DNA of 64,000 nt from Chiloscyllium plagiosum (Eukaryota). The stretch spans positions 9,857,775-9,921,774 of the forward strand of contig NC_057719.1 in assembly GCF_004010195.1 (NCBI RefSeq), written 5' to 3'. The stretch's first letter is position 1. Each line of letters opens with the position of its first letter. Below are positions 11,785-25,144 of the stretch, one piece after another. The position numbers and the translations under genes are program-made. The notes beneath the pieces were generated by a model. The model saw nothing but the letters and a program-made list of their open reading frames with translations, ran no database searches and was not told where the DNA came from.

Positions 11785-13243
11785 ACTTGGGCTGAGAGGT
11801 GGCGAATGGAGTTTAATGCAGAAAACTGTGAGGTGATTCACTTTGGAAGGAGTAACAGGAATAAAGAGTACTGGGCAAATGGTATGATTCTTGGTAGTGT
11901 AGGTGAACAGAGAAATCTCAGTGTCCATGTACATACATCTTTCAAAGTTGCCACGGAGATTGATAGGGGTTGTTAAGAAGGTGTTCAGTGTGTTAGCATT
12001 TATTAGCAGAGGGATTGAGTTTCGGAACCATGAGGTAATGCTGCAGCTGTACAAAAGCTCTGGTGCAACCACATTTGGAGTATTGTGTGCAGTTCTAGTT
12101 GCCGCATTATAGGAAGGATGCGGAAACTTTGGAAAGGGTGCAGAGGAGATTTACTAGTATGCTGCCTGGTATAGAGGGCGGGTCTTACAAGGAAAGTTTG
12201 AGGGATTTGAGGTTGTTTTCGTTAGAGAGAAGAAGGTTAAGAGGTGACTTAATTGAGACATATAAGATAATCAGAGGGTTAGATCGAATGGACAGTGAGA
12301 GCCTTTTTCCTCAGATGGTGATGGTTAGCACGAGGAGACATCGTTTCAAACTGAGGGGTGATAGATATAGGACAGATGTCAGAGGTACCTTTGAAAGTTG
12401 CCACTCAGGTGGATAGAGCTTGTAAGAAGGCCTATGGTGTATTAGCGTTCATTAGCAGAGGGATTGAATTCAAGAGTCGTGAAGTGATGTTGCAACTGTA
12501 CAGGACTTTGGTTAGGCCACATTTGGAGTACTGTGTGCAGTTCTGGTCGCCTCACTTTAGGAAAGATGTGGAAACTTTGGAGAGGGTGCAGAGAAGATTT
12601 ACCAGGATGTTGCCTGGAATGGAGAATAGGTCGTACGAGGATAGGTTGAGAGTGCTAGGCCTTTTCTCGTTGGAACGGCGAAGGATGAGGGGTGACTTGA
12701 TAGAGGTTTATAAGATGATCAGAGGAATAGGTAGAGTAGACAGTCAGAAACTCTTTCCCCGGGTACAACAGAGTGTTACAAGGGGACATAAATTTAAGGT
12801 GAAGGATGGAAGGTATAGGGGAGATGTCAGGGGTGGGTTCTTTACCCAGAGAGTGGTGGGGGCATGGAATGCACTGCCTGTGGGAGTGGTAGAGTCAGAA
12901 TCTTTGGTGACCTTTAAGCCGCAATTGGATAGGTACACGGATGGGTGCTTAAGCTAGCACAAATGTTCGGCACAACATCGTGGGCCAAAGGGCCTGTTCT
13001 GTGCTGTATTGTTCTATGTTCGATGTTCTAGGTAGTTTCTTTACTCAGAAAATAGTAGGAGCGTGAAACACACTGCCTGCAACAGTTGTAGACTCGCCAA
13101 TTTTATGGACATTTAAATGGTCATTGGATAGGCATATGGACGAGAATGGAATAGTGTAGGTTAGATGGGCTTCAGATTGGCTTCACAGGTCAGCACAACA
13201 TCGAGGGCCAAAGGCCTGTACTGCGCTGTAATGTTCTATGTTC
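11785..13243 (+). mobile_element. CR1 3' portion (outer) interrupted by a second CR1
   Basis: RT C-terminal motifs run 11785-12387, resume at 13030 and end in gttctatgttc. Confidence 0.88.
12388..13029 (+). mobile_element. Nested, younger CR1 3' fragment
   Basis: Uninterrupted ORF LKVATQVD...HLEYCVQFWSP...FFTQRVVGAWNALP, a gttctatgtt tail, and TSD aggta (12383-12387 / 13030-13034). Confidence 0.9.
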
Positions 13244-16200
13244 AATGAGTACAGGTCCAATCTACTCAGCCTCTCCTCATAAGATAGTTTCTCCACATCT
13301 GGAATCAGGCCTGTGAACCTTCTCTGGACTGCTTCCAATGACTCAAATCTTTCCTCGGATAAGGGGCTCAAAGCTGTTTATAGTATTTCAATTGTGGTTG
13401 ATGAATGCCTTTTCACAAAACCTCACTACTTTTATATTCCATTGGCTTTGAAATAAAGGCTAATGATCCATTGCCTTCCCTATTACCTGATGAACTTGGA
13501 CACTAGTTTTTGGCAATTCATAATTTCAATGATGAAAAGAGGCTGGATAGACTCGGAATGTTTTCTTTGGAGCAGATCAGGCTGAGGGGCGGGACCTGAT
13601 AGACGTGTATGAGAACCATGGACAGGGTCGAAGGGTCAATCACAAGATGGCATAATTTTTAAACGAAAGGCAGGAAGTTCTGAGGGGATTTGAAGGACAT
13701 TTTCATCCAGAGGGTGGTGGGGGTCTGGAATGTAGTGCCTGGGAGTGTAGTTGAGGCAAGAAAACTCACAGCCTTTAAAAGCCTTGAAATGAGCACTTGA
13801 GATATCATAACATTCACGAATATGGGCCCAGTGTGACAAAGTGGGACTAGAGTAAGTTGCATTGTAGTTTTCATTCCAGACTCAGGGGACCAATTCTATG
13901 GGTCTATGTTTGGGGGGGGAGGGTGGGGGGCAGGATTGTGGGGAATGCTGGTGGGGCGGGAAGGGCAGGGGGAGTGGTTTGCTGAGTCAGCATTGTTGAA
14001 ACTGTTAGTCAGTCACCGGTTTCCTAGGTTAGCACACATACTGGTGGCAGACGAACAGAGCTTCACTCCCGAGCAAATAATAACTCAGAGCTCGTTCATA
14101 ATACTGTCATTGTTGAGTTATGAGTCTTTTCTGCTTGTGAAATAAGTTCCATACCCAATTACTGCGCACTGTACTCTTTGATATAAAACACATAGGACCA
14201 CATTCACAATCATTTCCTTACAATAACCTCTGGGGATAAATTACCTTTCTGCATGACAGTATCAATCCATATTAGAGATGCGGAGAAGTCAGTTTATTGC
14301 ACACAGAAACCTTTATGCAGTGAGGTCCGGCTTGCTAAGATCATTTAGCTCCACTTTATTACTTTTTTTTCCCTGTGTAGCTCAATCTTTGTGCCTGACA
14401 AGAGCCTTTATTCCTTTCACAAAAATTAACTGGAAAACTTGTCTCTTCTTCTCATTATTTTGCAACGCGACAAACTTTCCTCACCGTGACCCTAGACAGT
14501 GTTTAGCTCAGATGAACACAGGGTTCGTGGGGTTCTTGACCACAGATCCCTGAAAGCAGGAGAATGGGTTAATAGTTTGGTTCCGAAGGCATAGTTTATC
14601 AGGTGAAGCATAGATTATAAGAATGAATGAGCAAAAAGGGCCGCTTTTGTGCTATGTGGCTCTATGGTTTGAAGATTCACTGTGTTTTGTGTCCCCCCCT
14701 CTACTTTCACACAGAATATGCAACAAGGAATGAGCCATTCAGTCCCACAGATCCATGCCAATAGTTATGTTCCAAATGAGCCATCTCCTAATTCTCTTAA
14801 TTCAACCTTACCAATACAGACAAAGTTTTTTCCACTTATTCAACTTCTACCTAATGCATTGATGTTTATCACCTCAGCTATTCCTCCTGGTCGAAAGCTC
14901 CACATTTACGGCATTCTCCAGGTGAAGTGGTTTTGCCTGCATTCCCCATTCAACCAATTGGTGAATACCTTTTATTTATGGGTCTAGTGTTGGTCTCCAC
15001 CACACATGCAAACATCTTCCCTGCAGCTACCTGAACCACACCATAATCTTAAACATCTCTATCAGGTCACCCCTCAGCCTCCTCTTTTCTACAGGAAAAG
15101 GTACAGTTTCTCCTCAAAGAGGAACCCTCTTAGTTCTAGCATCATCTTTATTAGGTAAGAAAGTTTGTATTCAATACCCATTTTTGTAATAGAGGATAGA
15201 GCTCCTCACAATTGTATAAACTGATCTCACCAAAGTTCTTTACGCATTGAATATAATGACCTCTGAAGTAATTTGGGATCTGTTATTATATAAAGTATCC
15301 TTCCAAGACAGGAATCAGAACAGAGCCCAAACTTCAAAAGGAAAGTGAATAATTGTGTAAAAGAGGGAATTAACTAACATGCATACCCATGATGAGCTGT
15401 ATTGCCTCATTTCTGCTGTACAGCCAATTACTCTAAAACACAACATGAAACAGGTTATATTCTGTGTAGTGGTAGTGTCTGGGTCAGAAGATCCAGGTCA
15501 AGATCCTCCTGAATGGAAATGTATCATGACAGATCCAAACAGCTTGATTAAAAAAGACTAAAATAGACCGGGAGACCACTCAGTCCACATGCTATGTTCT
15601 GGTTTTCTGGTACAGCTATCAATTAGTTTCATCTCAATACTCTGTAAACATTTCCCTCTCACACATTTATCTAATTCCTTTCTCAGGGTTACTTTGCAAT
15701 GTCTTTTTTTCCAGCATACACTTCTGGTTTTTTAGGCAAATCTGAGTTCTCTGGTTGTTAAGTGACGTGCTTTTGGACACCAGCACAAGTCCAGCTTCTA
15801 CAGTACCTCCACACAGCTGAAGACCCTCATCCCTGGTCATGCTCTCTTCCACACCTACTCTAAGGGCTTGATGTCCTATCTGAAGTGCAATGCCCAGAAT
15901 TGGACCCAATTCCTCAGCTGAGATTTAAATAGTAGTGTGCAAAGGTTTATCGCAAATTCCTTGCGTTCTTTCAAGCTCGTTCACCATCCTTTATCGATCA
16001 TCCCTAATTGTTCTTGTTGAGAAGGTGTGAGACTGTTTTTGAACTCCATGTAGGGTAGGGATGCTGTTTGAGAGGAAGTTCCAGGATTTTGATCCAGTGA
16101 TAATGAAGGAACAGGGATATTGTTCCAATTCTTTTTTTCATTCATAAGGTGAGGGCATCGTTGGCTGGGCCAGAATTTATTACCGAGTTGGCTGTTAAGA

Positions 16201-17828
16201 GTCAAATACATTGCTGTGGGCCTTGGAGTCATATATTGGCCAGTCCAGATAAGGATGGCAGTTTCCCTTCCTGAAGGACACTGCAGCACCCAGAGGAAAC
16301 CCTTGCAGACACGGGGAGAATGTGAAAACACCATACAGACAGTTGCTGAGGTTGGAATTGAACTCTGATCCCTGGTGCTGTGAGGCAGTAGTGCTGACCG
16401 CTGGGCCAGAGGGAGTTTTCCTGACATTGGATTCATAATCCTCATTAAACACTTAAATTCCAGATGTCTATTGAACTCAAATTCCCAAATCCACCATGGC
16501 AGGATTTCAATCCAGGTTCCTCAGAACATTACCTGGGTCTCTCGATTAACAGCTCAGCAAGAATACCACAAGACCATCACCTCCACCAATCAGGATGATG
16601 TGTGCCTTGGATGGAGCTTGATGGTGGTGGTCTCTGCTGCGCCTGGTGCCCTTGTTAGCTCAGACATTGTATATTTGGAAGGTTTTGACAGCCTTGACGA
16701 GAGTTAGTGCAGTGCAAGTAGAGGTTCAGACAAATACTCCACCTTAGAACTCGGATCAAATAAAATTCTATTGATCGTTCTGGATTTTTTTTTCCACTAG
16801 TGGGGCATGGGCGTCGCTGGCTGGGCCAGCATTTATTGCCTGTCTCTATTTGCTCTTGATAAGGTGGTAGATGAGCTCCCTTCTTGAATAAGGCCATAAG
16901 AAATATAAGTGGAAGTAAGGCCATTCAGCTCATCGAGTCCACTCCGCCATTCAATCATGGCTGATGGGCATTTCAACTGAAGCCTATTTGGTGTAGATTG
17001 ACCCACACTATCTTTAGAGAGGGAAAAGTAACCAGCTGCCCCTTAGAAAACCTGCCATCCTTGCCACTGTCTGGCCTACCTGGGGCGTTAGACTCACAGT
17101 TATGTGGTTGACTCTTGCTGGCCCCAACAACCCACTCGGTTCAAGGGCAGTTAGGGCCTGGCAACAAATGGTCAGCAATGGTGACAGCCTATGGAAGAAG
17201 GAAGAAAGATTGTTTCTGTTCTCCCATCTCTCTCATAGCTGCTGCAAATGCTGCCCTCAAGTATTAGTCAAACAGCTCACAGTTCAGAAGCCTGTGACAG
17301 TTCATCGAAGCACTGTTGTCATTTCTGTGACAGGCTGAGAGAAATGATTTGAGCTCTAAGATTTCAAAGGTAAAATAGGACTGCCCCAGAGGCAGTTACT
17401 ACAGTTTGTTTCCTGTTACAAATCGCTCCCTGGTTAGCTGCTCTTAGAAGGTTTTCTCTGCTAACAGAATACTCTTCAAATTATGGGAAAGATACATATT
17501 TAAGGGGCATGTCAGGCCAATATTTGCTTCCAATTTGAATTTTCTATTTTTTTCTTACTGCTGGTTTTAGTTCAACTCCAATTAAAATAGACTGGGTCAA
17601 TAAACAATCTTCGCTGCCTCTTCAGGTAGACTAACATGAGTTATTTTCACATCTTTTAGGGATTTACTTAGGGCTGGAGGCAGAAATTGACTTGAAATTG
17701 CTTGCGGTCTGAGAATATTAAATTTCAGGCAAAGCTGATGGGCTCAGAATGCTAAACAATGACATCTTAACTCAGAATAAAATCAGCTTTAAACATACAG
17801 TGTCATTAAACTGGGGGGGGGGGGGGGG

Positions 17829-18781
17829 AGTTGGTTAGCTCAGTTGACTGGATAGCTGGTTTTTGACAAAGTGATGTCAACAGCGTGGTTCAGTTCTCAG
17901 ACTGGCTAAGGATACCATGAGGGATTCTTCTTCTCAACTTCTCTTGGCACTGTCAGGTTAAACTATCACCAGTTGATTCTCTCTATGAGATAGCAGCCCT
18001 GTGGTGATTTGACCTAAAACGTGGTCTAAATCTTTCAGTCTGTTAGAAAGAGGATGATAGCTCTTTTTGACATATGTTCACAATCTGGAGTACTGTGTGC
18101 AGCTTCTGTCTCCCTAGCCCAGAGAGGACATACTTGCCACAAAGGGAGTGCTCTGGAGGCTCAAGAGACTGATACCAGGGAAGTCAGGGCTGCCCTGTGG
18201 GCAGAGATTGGTTCAGCTCGGCCTAGTATTTACTAGAGTTTAGAAGGATGAGAGTGGATCTAATTGATATGTGTAAGGTCCTGACAGAGCCAAACTGACT
18301 GGATTCAAAGATGCTGCTTCCCCCGAGTGGGAGGGGAGGGAGGAGCTTGGAACAAGTGCTCATGGTCTCAGGATAGAGGGTAGGCCTTTTAGACGTGAGG
18401 TGAGGAGAAAAATCTTCACTCAGGGGGTGGTACCCTGTGGAATTCTCTTCCAGAGAAGGCTGAGAATGCCAAGCCATCAAATATATTCAAGAAAGTAATT
18501 CATATATTTTTAGCTATTAAAGGCATCAATGGGTTATGAGGAGAAAGTTGGAACATTGCATTGAGATCAAGGAACAGCCATTATCATGTTGAATGACAGA
18601 GGAGGCTCAAAGGGCTGAATGGCCTACTCCTGCTCCTGGTTTCTACCTGGTTTTGTGTGTATATAGACATTGTTTCTATGTTCGCATATACAGATACAGC
18701 CCTCCCCTCCAACAGGCTACAGCACAAAGAGATCAGTGGGGTGTGAGGCTATCCTCTTCCCCATAGACACCCCAGCAAGCT
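17829..18781 (+). repeat. Copy 1 of a ~950-bp dispersed duplication (SINE + old CR1 3' end + ~100 bp flank)
   Basis: Colinear with 35588-36229 and 37252-37553, including sequence beyond the CR1 tail (atacagatacagccctccc...gagatcagtggggtgtgaggctatcctcttcccc). Confidence 0.8.
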
Positions 18782-18929
18782 TGGGTTTGCTCCTTGCAGT
18801 ATAAGGCATGGAATTTTTAATTCCAGCTGGATCAACACTCTCAAGGATTATCCCAGACTCTCCAGGAATGCAGTTTAATTTCCAGGGTACTTCTGTGAGC
18901 AACCTGGGAGAGCATTTGTCAGTGCAGCC

Positions 18930-19020
18930 CTGATGAAGAGTCATCTAGACTTGAAATATTAGTTTCTCTCTCTCCATGGATGCTGCCTGACCCACTGTGA
19001 TCTCCAGCACTTTTTGTTTT
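18930..19020 (+). mobile_element. Penelope-derived fragment with hammerhead-like core
   Basis: CTGATGA-a-GAGTC atcta GACTT-GAAATATT followed by ctctccatggatgctgcctgacc. Confidence 0.65.
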
Positions 19021-19431
19021 CATTATAAAAAGAATTATGCATGTTGTTTCCACAAAGCCATTCATTATTCATGATAGCCATTAGGTTTGGTACAGACATC
19101 TCCTTGTGGAGATTTGGAGGAGGTACATCTTCTTGGGCTGATCAACAAACACAAAGAGCTAAAACTGTCTTCCTTTACTGAGTTTATTCCATTGCCAATT
19201 CCACTGATCAGCCAAGAGGGGAAGTTGCAACAGCGTGCATGTGCCTCAGGCCAGGTTCTGGTGGCGTTATCCATGTCCAATCTGCACATTTAAAGAAGTA
19301 TCTTCCACTTTCTGAAAAGGGGTGCCACAAATTGCACCCAATTGCAGGAGAAATGTGGTCAAGTCACCAGCATTATTTTAATTTTTGGCCAGATGATGGT
19401 CTACTGGTGTTATCACCAGACTATTAATCCA

Positions 19432-19662
19432 AACTTAAAACAAAGAACTGCAGATGCTTGAGGTATGAAACAAAAATAGAAATTGCAGGAGAAATTCAGC
19501 AGGTCTGGCAGCCTCTGTTGAGAGAAGGCAGAGTTAATGTTTTGAACCCAGTCAACCAATAAGGTTCTAACAACGGGTCATTAGACTTAAAGCATTAACT
19601 CTGTTTCTCTCTCGACAGACGCTACCTGATCTGCTGAGTTTCTCTAGCACTTTCTATTTTTG
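19432..19662. mobile_element. Palindromic Penelope-derived element (family D) inserted in a second-family tRNA SINE (about 19395-19975)
   Basis: Inverted arms cagcaggtctggcagc / gctacctgatctgctg. TSD tattaatcca / tgttaatcca. Confidence 0.7.
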
Positions 19663-20469
19663 TGTTAATCCAGAGACTCAAGTAATGATCAAGGGACTGG
19701 GTTCAAATCCCACCATGGCAAATGGTGGAATTTGAAATCAATAAACATTTGGAAAAAAGAGTCTCATGATGATCATGAAACCATTGTCAATTGTCAGTAA
19801 AGCACATGTGGTTCACTAATGTCATTTCAGCGAAGGAAACTGTTGCTCTTAACCAGTCAGGCCTACATGTGACTCCAGACCCACAGCAAAGTGCCTGACT
19901 CGGTAACTGGGAATTAGGAATGGGTAATAAATGCTGGTCTCATCAGTGTTAGCTAAATCCTGTGAATAAATTAATAAAAAATAAAAGAAAGATGTGTTTT
20001 TCCTCCAAATATCTGACACGTCTAAATTTGGCCTTTAGGTATTCAAAATTGAAAGCACGCAATTCTCCCAACATTTTTTCATTTCCCTTTTACTGTTTGT
20101 TGACTTACTCATGGGATGCGGATTTCCTCTCATATGATGCCCAGCTAGAATCACGCTAAGGAGACAATGGGCTGACCTCTTTGATTGCTGGAGTATGTCC
20201 ACAGAGCTTTTATAAAGGAGATTCTAGGATTTTACCCCAGTGACACTAAAGGGGCAGTTCGGCTCGGGGCATGAACAGTACTGAAACACCAAGTCCTCAG
20301 CATGAACATGTATTACCTTGAGAATCCTAGAAAAAAATCATTATTTTGGGAACTTTGCATTTTTGTGCACAGCATTTGCTTGGGGCTTGATTTTGTGCCT
20401 GTCTTCACAGGAGAGGACACAAGTTACATTACAGAAAGCGAGAAGATCACCGAAGGATTATTGCTTTTG

Positions 20470-22185
20470 CTGGAAAAATGTAATCAACTCAAATCCAACA
20501 AAACTCTGGGACCTGATGGCTGACCTCCTATGGTTCTGAAAGAGACTACTGCAAAGTTAATGAATGCACTGGCAAGGACTTTTCCTGAACCCCCTCAACT
20601 CTGGAATGGAACTAGAAGTTTGCAAGTTGGGAAATGTAATACTGCTATTCAAGAAGGGAGGGTGATAGGAAACAGGGAACTGCAGGGTCATTAACCTGAC
20701 AATTAGACATTGAGGTGTTGCTGGAAATGTATTAGTTGGGAAGTCTTAGAAAAGCAGAGTATGATTAGAACAAAAGTGCGGTGCTGTAAAAGCACAGTCG
20801 GTCAGGTAGCATCTGAGGAGCAGGAGAGTCAACATTTCGGACATTAGCTCTTCATCAGAAATCCTGATGAAGGGCTTATGCCCAAAACGTCGACTCTCCT
20901 GCTCCTCAGATGCTGTCTGTCTGGCTATGCTTTGCTGGCACCACACTTTTCGACTCTGATCTTGAGCATCTGCAGTCCTCACTTTCTCCTACGATTAGAA
21001 CAAGTCGATATCATTTTACGAAAAGGAAATGGTATTCGATAAAGCTGAGGATGTAACCAGCTGGATTAAGAAAAACTACTCAATAGCACATTTGGATTTT
21101 CAAAAGGCATATGATAAGGACTCATGGAGTTAGAGAGTGATCCAATAGTATGGACCAAAGATTGGATAGCCAACAGGGAGCAGAGAGTAAAGATAAATGG
21201 GATATTTCAAAGTTGGTATGTAGTTACTAGTGTAGTGCAGCAAAGATCATTGCTGGGGTTTAACTATTTACAATCTATATTAATTACTGAGGCAAAGGGA
21301 ATTGTAACTCTACTGGTGAGAATACAAGCGGTGATGAGGACACAGGGGCCGCAAATTGATTTAGACAGGTTCAGTAGTGTCAACAAGGTAAAAGTTGGAG
21401 TATTATGTGGGGAAGTTTTGAAACCATTCACCTTTTGGTCAGTTTAGTCCAAACTTTAGTTTAGGGGAATACAAAAGCATAGTATTTATTGGAAGTCTTG
21501 AGATTTGTAAATGTTGTTCAAAGAAACTTGGGTGTAGTCATATCAGGAAAAAATAAGATTGACAGGTGGGCACTGCAAACAATTAGAGAAGCAAATGACA
21601 TATTCACCATTGCAAAGCAGTTAGAGAACAGGAATAAAGAAATCTCACTGCTGTTATGCCAGGTTTTGACGAGACCAAGATAGTTGCAATTTGATCTTCA
21701 TATTTAATGAAGGATATAATACATGAGAGGCAGAACAGCAACTGTCCATTAAATTACTCCTCGCTATCAGAGGATGAACAAATTGAGTCCATGTTCTCTA
21801 GGGTTTGGAAAATATGACAACTAGTCTCCTTGAATCATTCAAGATTATGAGGGGGTTTGACAGGGTAGATACCAAGAAGTTGTTTCCCCCCGGTTGGAGA
21901 AGCTAGAACACTGGGTACAGACTCAGAATAGTATCAGTTTGGGCAGAGCTGAGGAGAAATTTCTCTGTCGAAGATTGTGAATCTCTCAAATTGTTTGTCC
22001 CAGTGGGTTCAGTATGTGCTGCTGCATTTAGGATCGACATTGAAAGATTAAATATATGTCAGTGAATCATTGGATGGGAAGAGAAGACAACAAAATGGAG
22101 TTGAAATCCCATATGAGCCTTGATCACACTGAATGGTGGAACCACATCACTGGTCAAAGAGTCTTCTCCAGTACCTATGTCTTCA
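20470..22185 (+). mobile_element. Old, heavily decayed CR1 ORF2 and 3' UTR
   Basis: KTLGPDG, LDFQKAYDK, W..DWIANREQRVKING and later C-terminal remnants. Confidence 0.8.
20774..20989. mobile_element. Palindromic Penelope-derived element (family A) with back-to-back hammerhead cores
   Basis: ...ttcatcag-aaatc-ctgatgaagggcttatgcccaaaacgtc... TSD tatgattagaacaa (20760-20773) / tacgattagaacaa (20990-21003). Confidence 0.85.
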
Positions 22186-22472
22186 ATAGCCAGCTGTCAA
22201 ATTGACTGTGGGAGAGATCAAAGATAGTGTCGACATGGGAACCAATCCAGTTTAGACTGTTTTGATGTGGATTCAGATCGGTCACTCAGGAACACTTGAA
22301 GATAATCAGAAACTAGGCTTGGGATAAAATTTCCTCCCCTCTTGGCCACTGAATGGATTTATATTTCACCACCTCTACTTCATTCATTCTGTCATGCTCT
22401 TATCAAACTAAAACAATATTTCAACCTTGCCTCAAATCAGTATAACTGCTAACAGTGTCACAGAAAAGAATG

Positions 22473-22741
22473 ACAGAATCCCTACAATGTGGAAGCAGGC
22501 CATTCAGCGCAATGGGTCAGAACCAACCCTCTAGAAAGCATCTCACCTGAACCGTACCTACCCTATCCTTGTACCCTGCATTTCCCATGGCGAACCCACC
22601 TAACCTACATACCCCTGGACACTATGGGCAATTTAGCATGGCCATTCAATCTGACCTGCACATCTTTGCACTGTGGGAGGAAACCGGAGCACCCTGGGGA
22701 AACCCAAGTGGACACGGGGAGAACGTGCAAACTCCAGACAG
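22473..22741 (-). mobile_element. HE1-type SINE (head truncated)
   Basis: HE1 body ctgtgggaggaaaccggagcacc...ggggagaacgtgcaaactcc. Confidence 0.85.
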
Positions 22742-22847
22742 TGTCTGTTATGAGACCTTTGGTAGTTAATGAATGTCCTTAACAGAAAATATAATTTGCA
22801 GATTATTATAGGTGCTCAACTGCATAACCATAAAATAGCTTTTTTTA

Positions 22848-23160
22848 AATTCTTTCACGGGATGTGGGTGTCCCTGGTTAGGCCAGCATTTATTGCCCAT
22901 CAGACAATTAAGAGTCAACCACATTACTGAAGGTCTGGAGGCATGTAACACATCAGATTTCCTTCTCAAAAGGACATTGATGATCCAGGCGGGTTTTTGT
23001 ACAAGTTTTCAACAACACTTTTATGGTCATCATTTTACTCTCAATTACAGACTTTTATTTTCTTGAATTCAAATTCCACCATGGTAGGCTTTGAATCCAG
23101 GTCCTCAAATTATGACCTGGGTCTCAGATTAATAGTCTAGTGACAATACCACTAGGCCCC
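22848..23160 (-). mobile_element. Second-family tRNA-derived SINE (similar copies near 16150-16580, 19395-19975, 31290-31710, 33090-33350, 57760-58110)
   Basis: Shared body (gaattcaaattccaccatgg, ccttc..aaaggacatt) and a tail shared with the second LINE family (ggccagcatttattgccc). Confidence 0.65.
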
Positions 23161-23289
23161 CTGCTGTTGCTCACAAACAGCAGCAGAAAATGCTGTTCTA
23201 TAACAACTGATTCATTAATGAAAGGAAGCACAAACCACACAAAACCAAAGACATTTCACTTCTATTGGAGAAGACCATTAGACAGGTAG

Positions 23290-24115
23290 CATTAGAAATT
23301 AGGCAATTCTAATTGAGACCGATCTGCCATGGCTGCTAAGTTTCTCGACCCCATTCTCCCGTTTTCTCCCCATAACCCTTGATTCCCTTTACAATCAAGA
23401 ACTTATCTATCTCCATCTTAAATATACTCTACAGACTTCTGTGGCAGTGAATTCCATAGATTCATCACTCTTTGGATGAAGTAGCTTCTCCTTATCTCCA
23501 TTCCAAAAGGTCTTTATTCGAAGGCTGCGCCCTCGGGTCCTAGTCTCTCCTCCCAATAGAAACATTTTCCCAACCTCCGTTCTTGTTCAGGCCATTCAGT
23601 ATTCTGTACATTTCAATTAAATTCCCCCTCATCCTTCTAAACTCCATCGAGTATAGACCCAGAGTCCTCAAACGTTCCTCAAACTTTTCATTCTTGGGAC
23701 CATTCTCATGAACCTCCTCTGAATATTCTCTAGACCTGGACAATTACTCCAAATGTGGTCTGAGCAGAGCCTTATAGAGCCTCAGAAGTACATCCTTGCT
23801 TTTATATTCAAGTCCTCTCAAAATAAATGCTATAATTGCATTTGCCTTCCGAACTACTGATTCAACCTGACTGAATCCTGGACTAGAACTCCCAAGTTTC
23901 TTTCCACTTCAGACTTCTGAATTTTCCCCCCATTTAGAAAATAGTCTATGCTTCTATTCTTCTGACCAAAGTACATGACCTCACACTTTCCCACATTGTA
24001 CTCCATCTGTCACTTCTTTATCCACTCTTCTAACCAGTCCAAATCCTTCCACAGCCTCCTCAATGCTACCTGTCCATCTAACTATCTTTGTATCATCTGC
24101 AAACTCAGCCAGAAT
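23290..24115 (-). mobile_element. CR1 3' portion
   Basis: Minus ORF EERLRTLGLYSMEFRRMRGNLIEMYRIL plus RT C-terminal remnants. Confidence 0.85.
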
Positions 24116-24333
24116 GTAAGGTTAAAAATCAGATCGGCCACCTCCCTGAAGTGCAGCTTCCTTTTTCCACAATAATTTTGGAGGAAACAGAACTGATGAA
24201 ATTCATATGATAATTGCTAATCCATAGCCAAGATGGTTAATATGAAACTTGAGGACATGACAAGAATTTACTAATCCACTGCGAAGGTACTGATAAGGAA
24301 TTTGTAACTATTGTGAAGTATACTGGGAAAAAT

Positions 24334-25144
24334 TGTCACTTTGTGAAGTGTACTGGGAAAAATCAATGGTATTTGCATTCACTTTATCTTGTGCAATTGT
24401 AAATTTGGATTCTGAAAGATCATAAAAGTTTCAAACATTCCCTGTCATAACACACTTCTCCAGAAAGTAATTACACACCCTTTTCCTGGGAACCTCTTTA
24501 AATCAAAGTGTTAAGGGGAGATTGATGAGATTGTCAAATACAGGATACAGAAACGACACTTCCAAAACAATACGCAGATTACGTCTTCTTTGTCCATTGA
24601 ATGTACATAAATGCTAAAAAAAACTGTCCATATCAGTTAATACACTTTGCTTCAATAATCATAGAATCCCTACAGTGTGGAAGCAGGCCATTTGGCCCAT
24701 CGACTCCACAACAACCCTCCAAAAAGCATTTCATCATATCCCTGCAACATTCCCCATGGCGAACCCACCTAGTACACACATCCCTGGACAATTTATCTTA
24801 GCCAATTCACCTAATTTGCACATCTTTGGACAGTGGGTGGAAACCAGTATACCCAAAGGAGACCCACATAGACACAGTGAGAACACACAAATACCATACA
24901 GGCAGTTGCCCAAGGGTGGAATTGAACCCAGGTACCTATGAGGCAGCAGTGCTAACCACTGAACCACTGTGCTCCTCCTAGTTTAATAGACTTTCACTTC
25001 ACCTGCTGGATATACTGTAGTCTTACATTGTGCTGTCACTTTGTGAAGTGTACTGGGAAAAATCAATGGTATTTGCATTCACCTTATCTTGTGCAATTGT
25101 AAATTTGGATTCTGAAAGATCATAAAAGTTTCAAACATTCCCTG
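24334..25144 (+). repeat. 111-bp direct repeat (24334-24444 and 25034-25144) bracketing an HE1 SINE
   Basis: tgtcactttgtgaagtgtactggg...tcaaacattccctg appears twice with one mismatch and a 700-bp offset. Confidence 0.93.
24658..24975 (-). mobile_element. HE1-type SINE
   Basis: Tail catagaatccctacagtgtggaa through head cagtgctaaccactga. Confidence 0.85.

Noticed and set aside
20774..20989. Palindromes as DNA-transposon MITEs or miRNA hairpins
   Set aside because: The arms are asymmetric and variably truncated, TSDs are long and vary from 8 to 15 bp, and hammerhead cores plus an RT fragment fit Penelope retrotransposition better. Small-RNA production cannot be judged from sequence.
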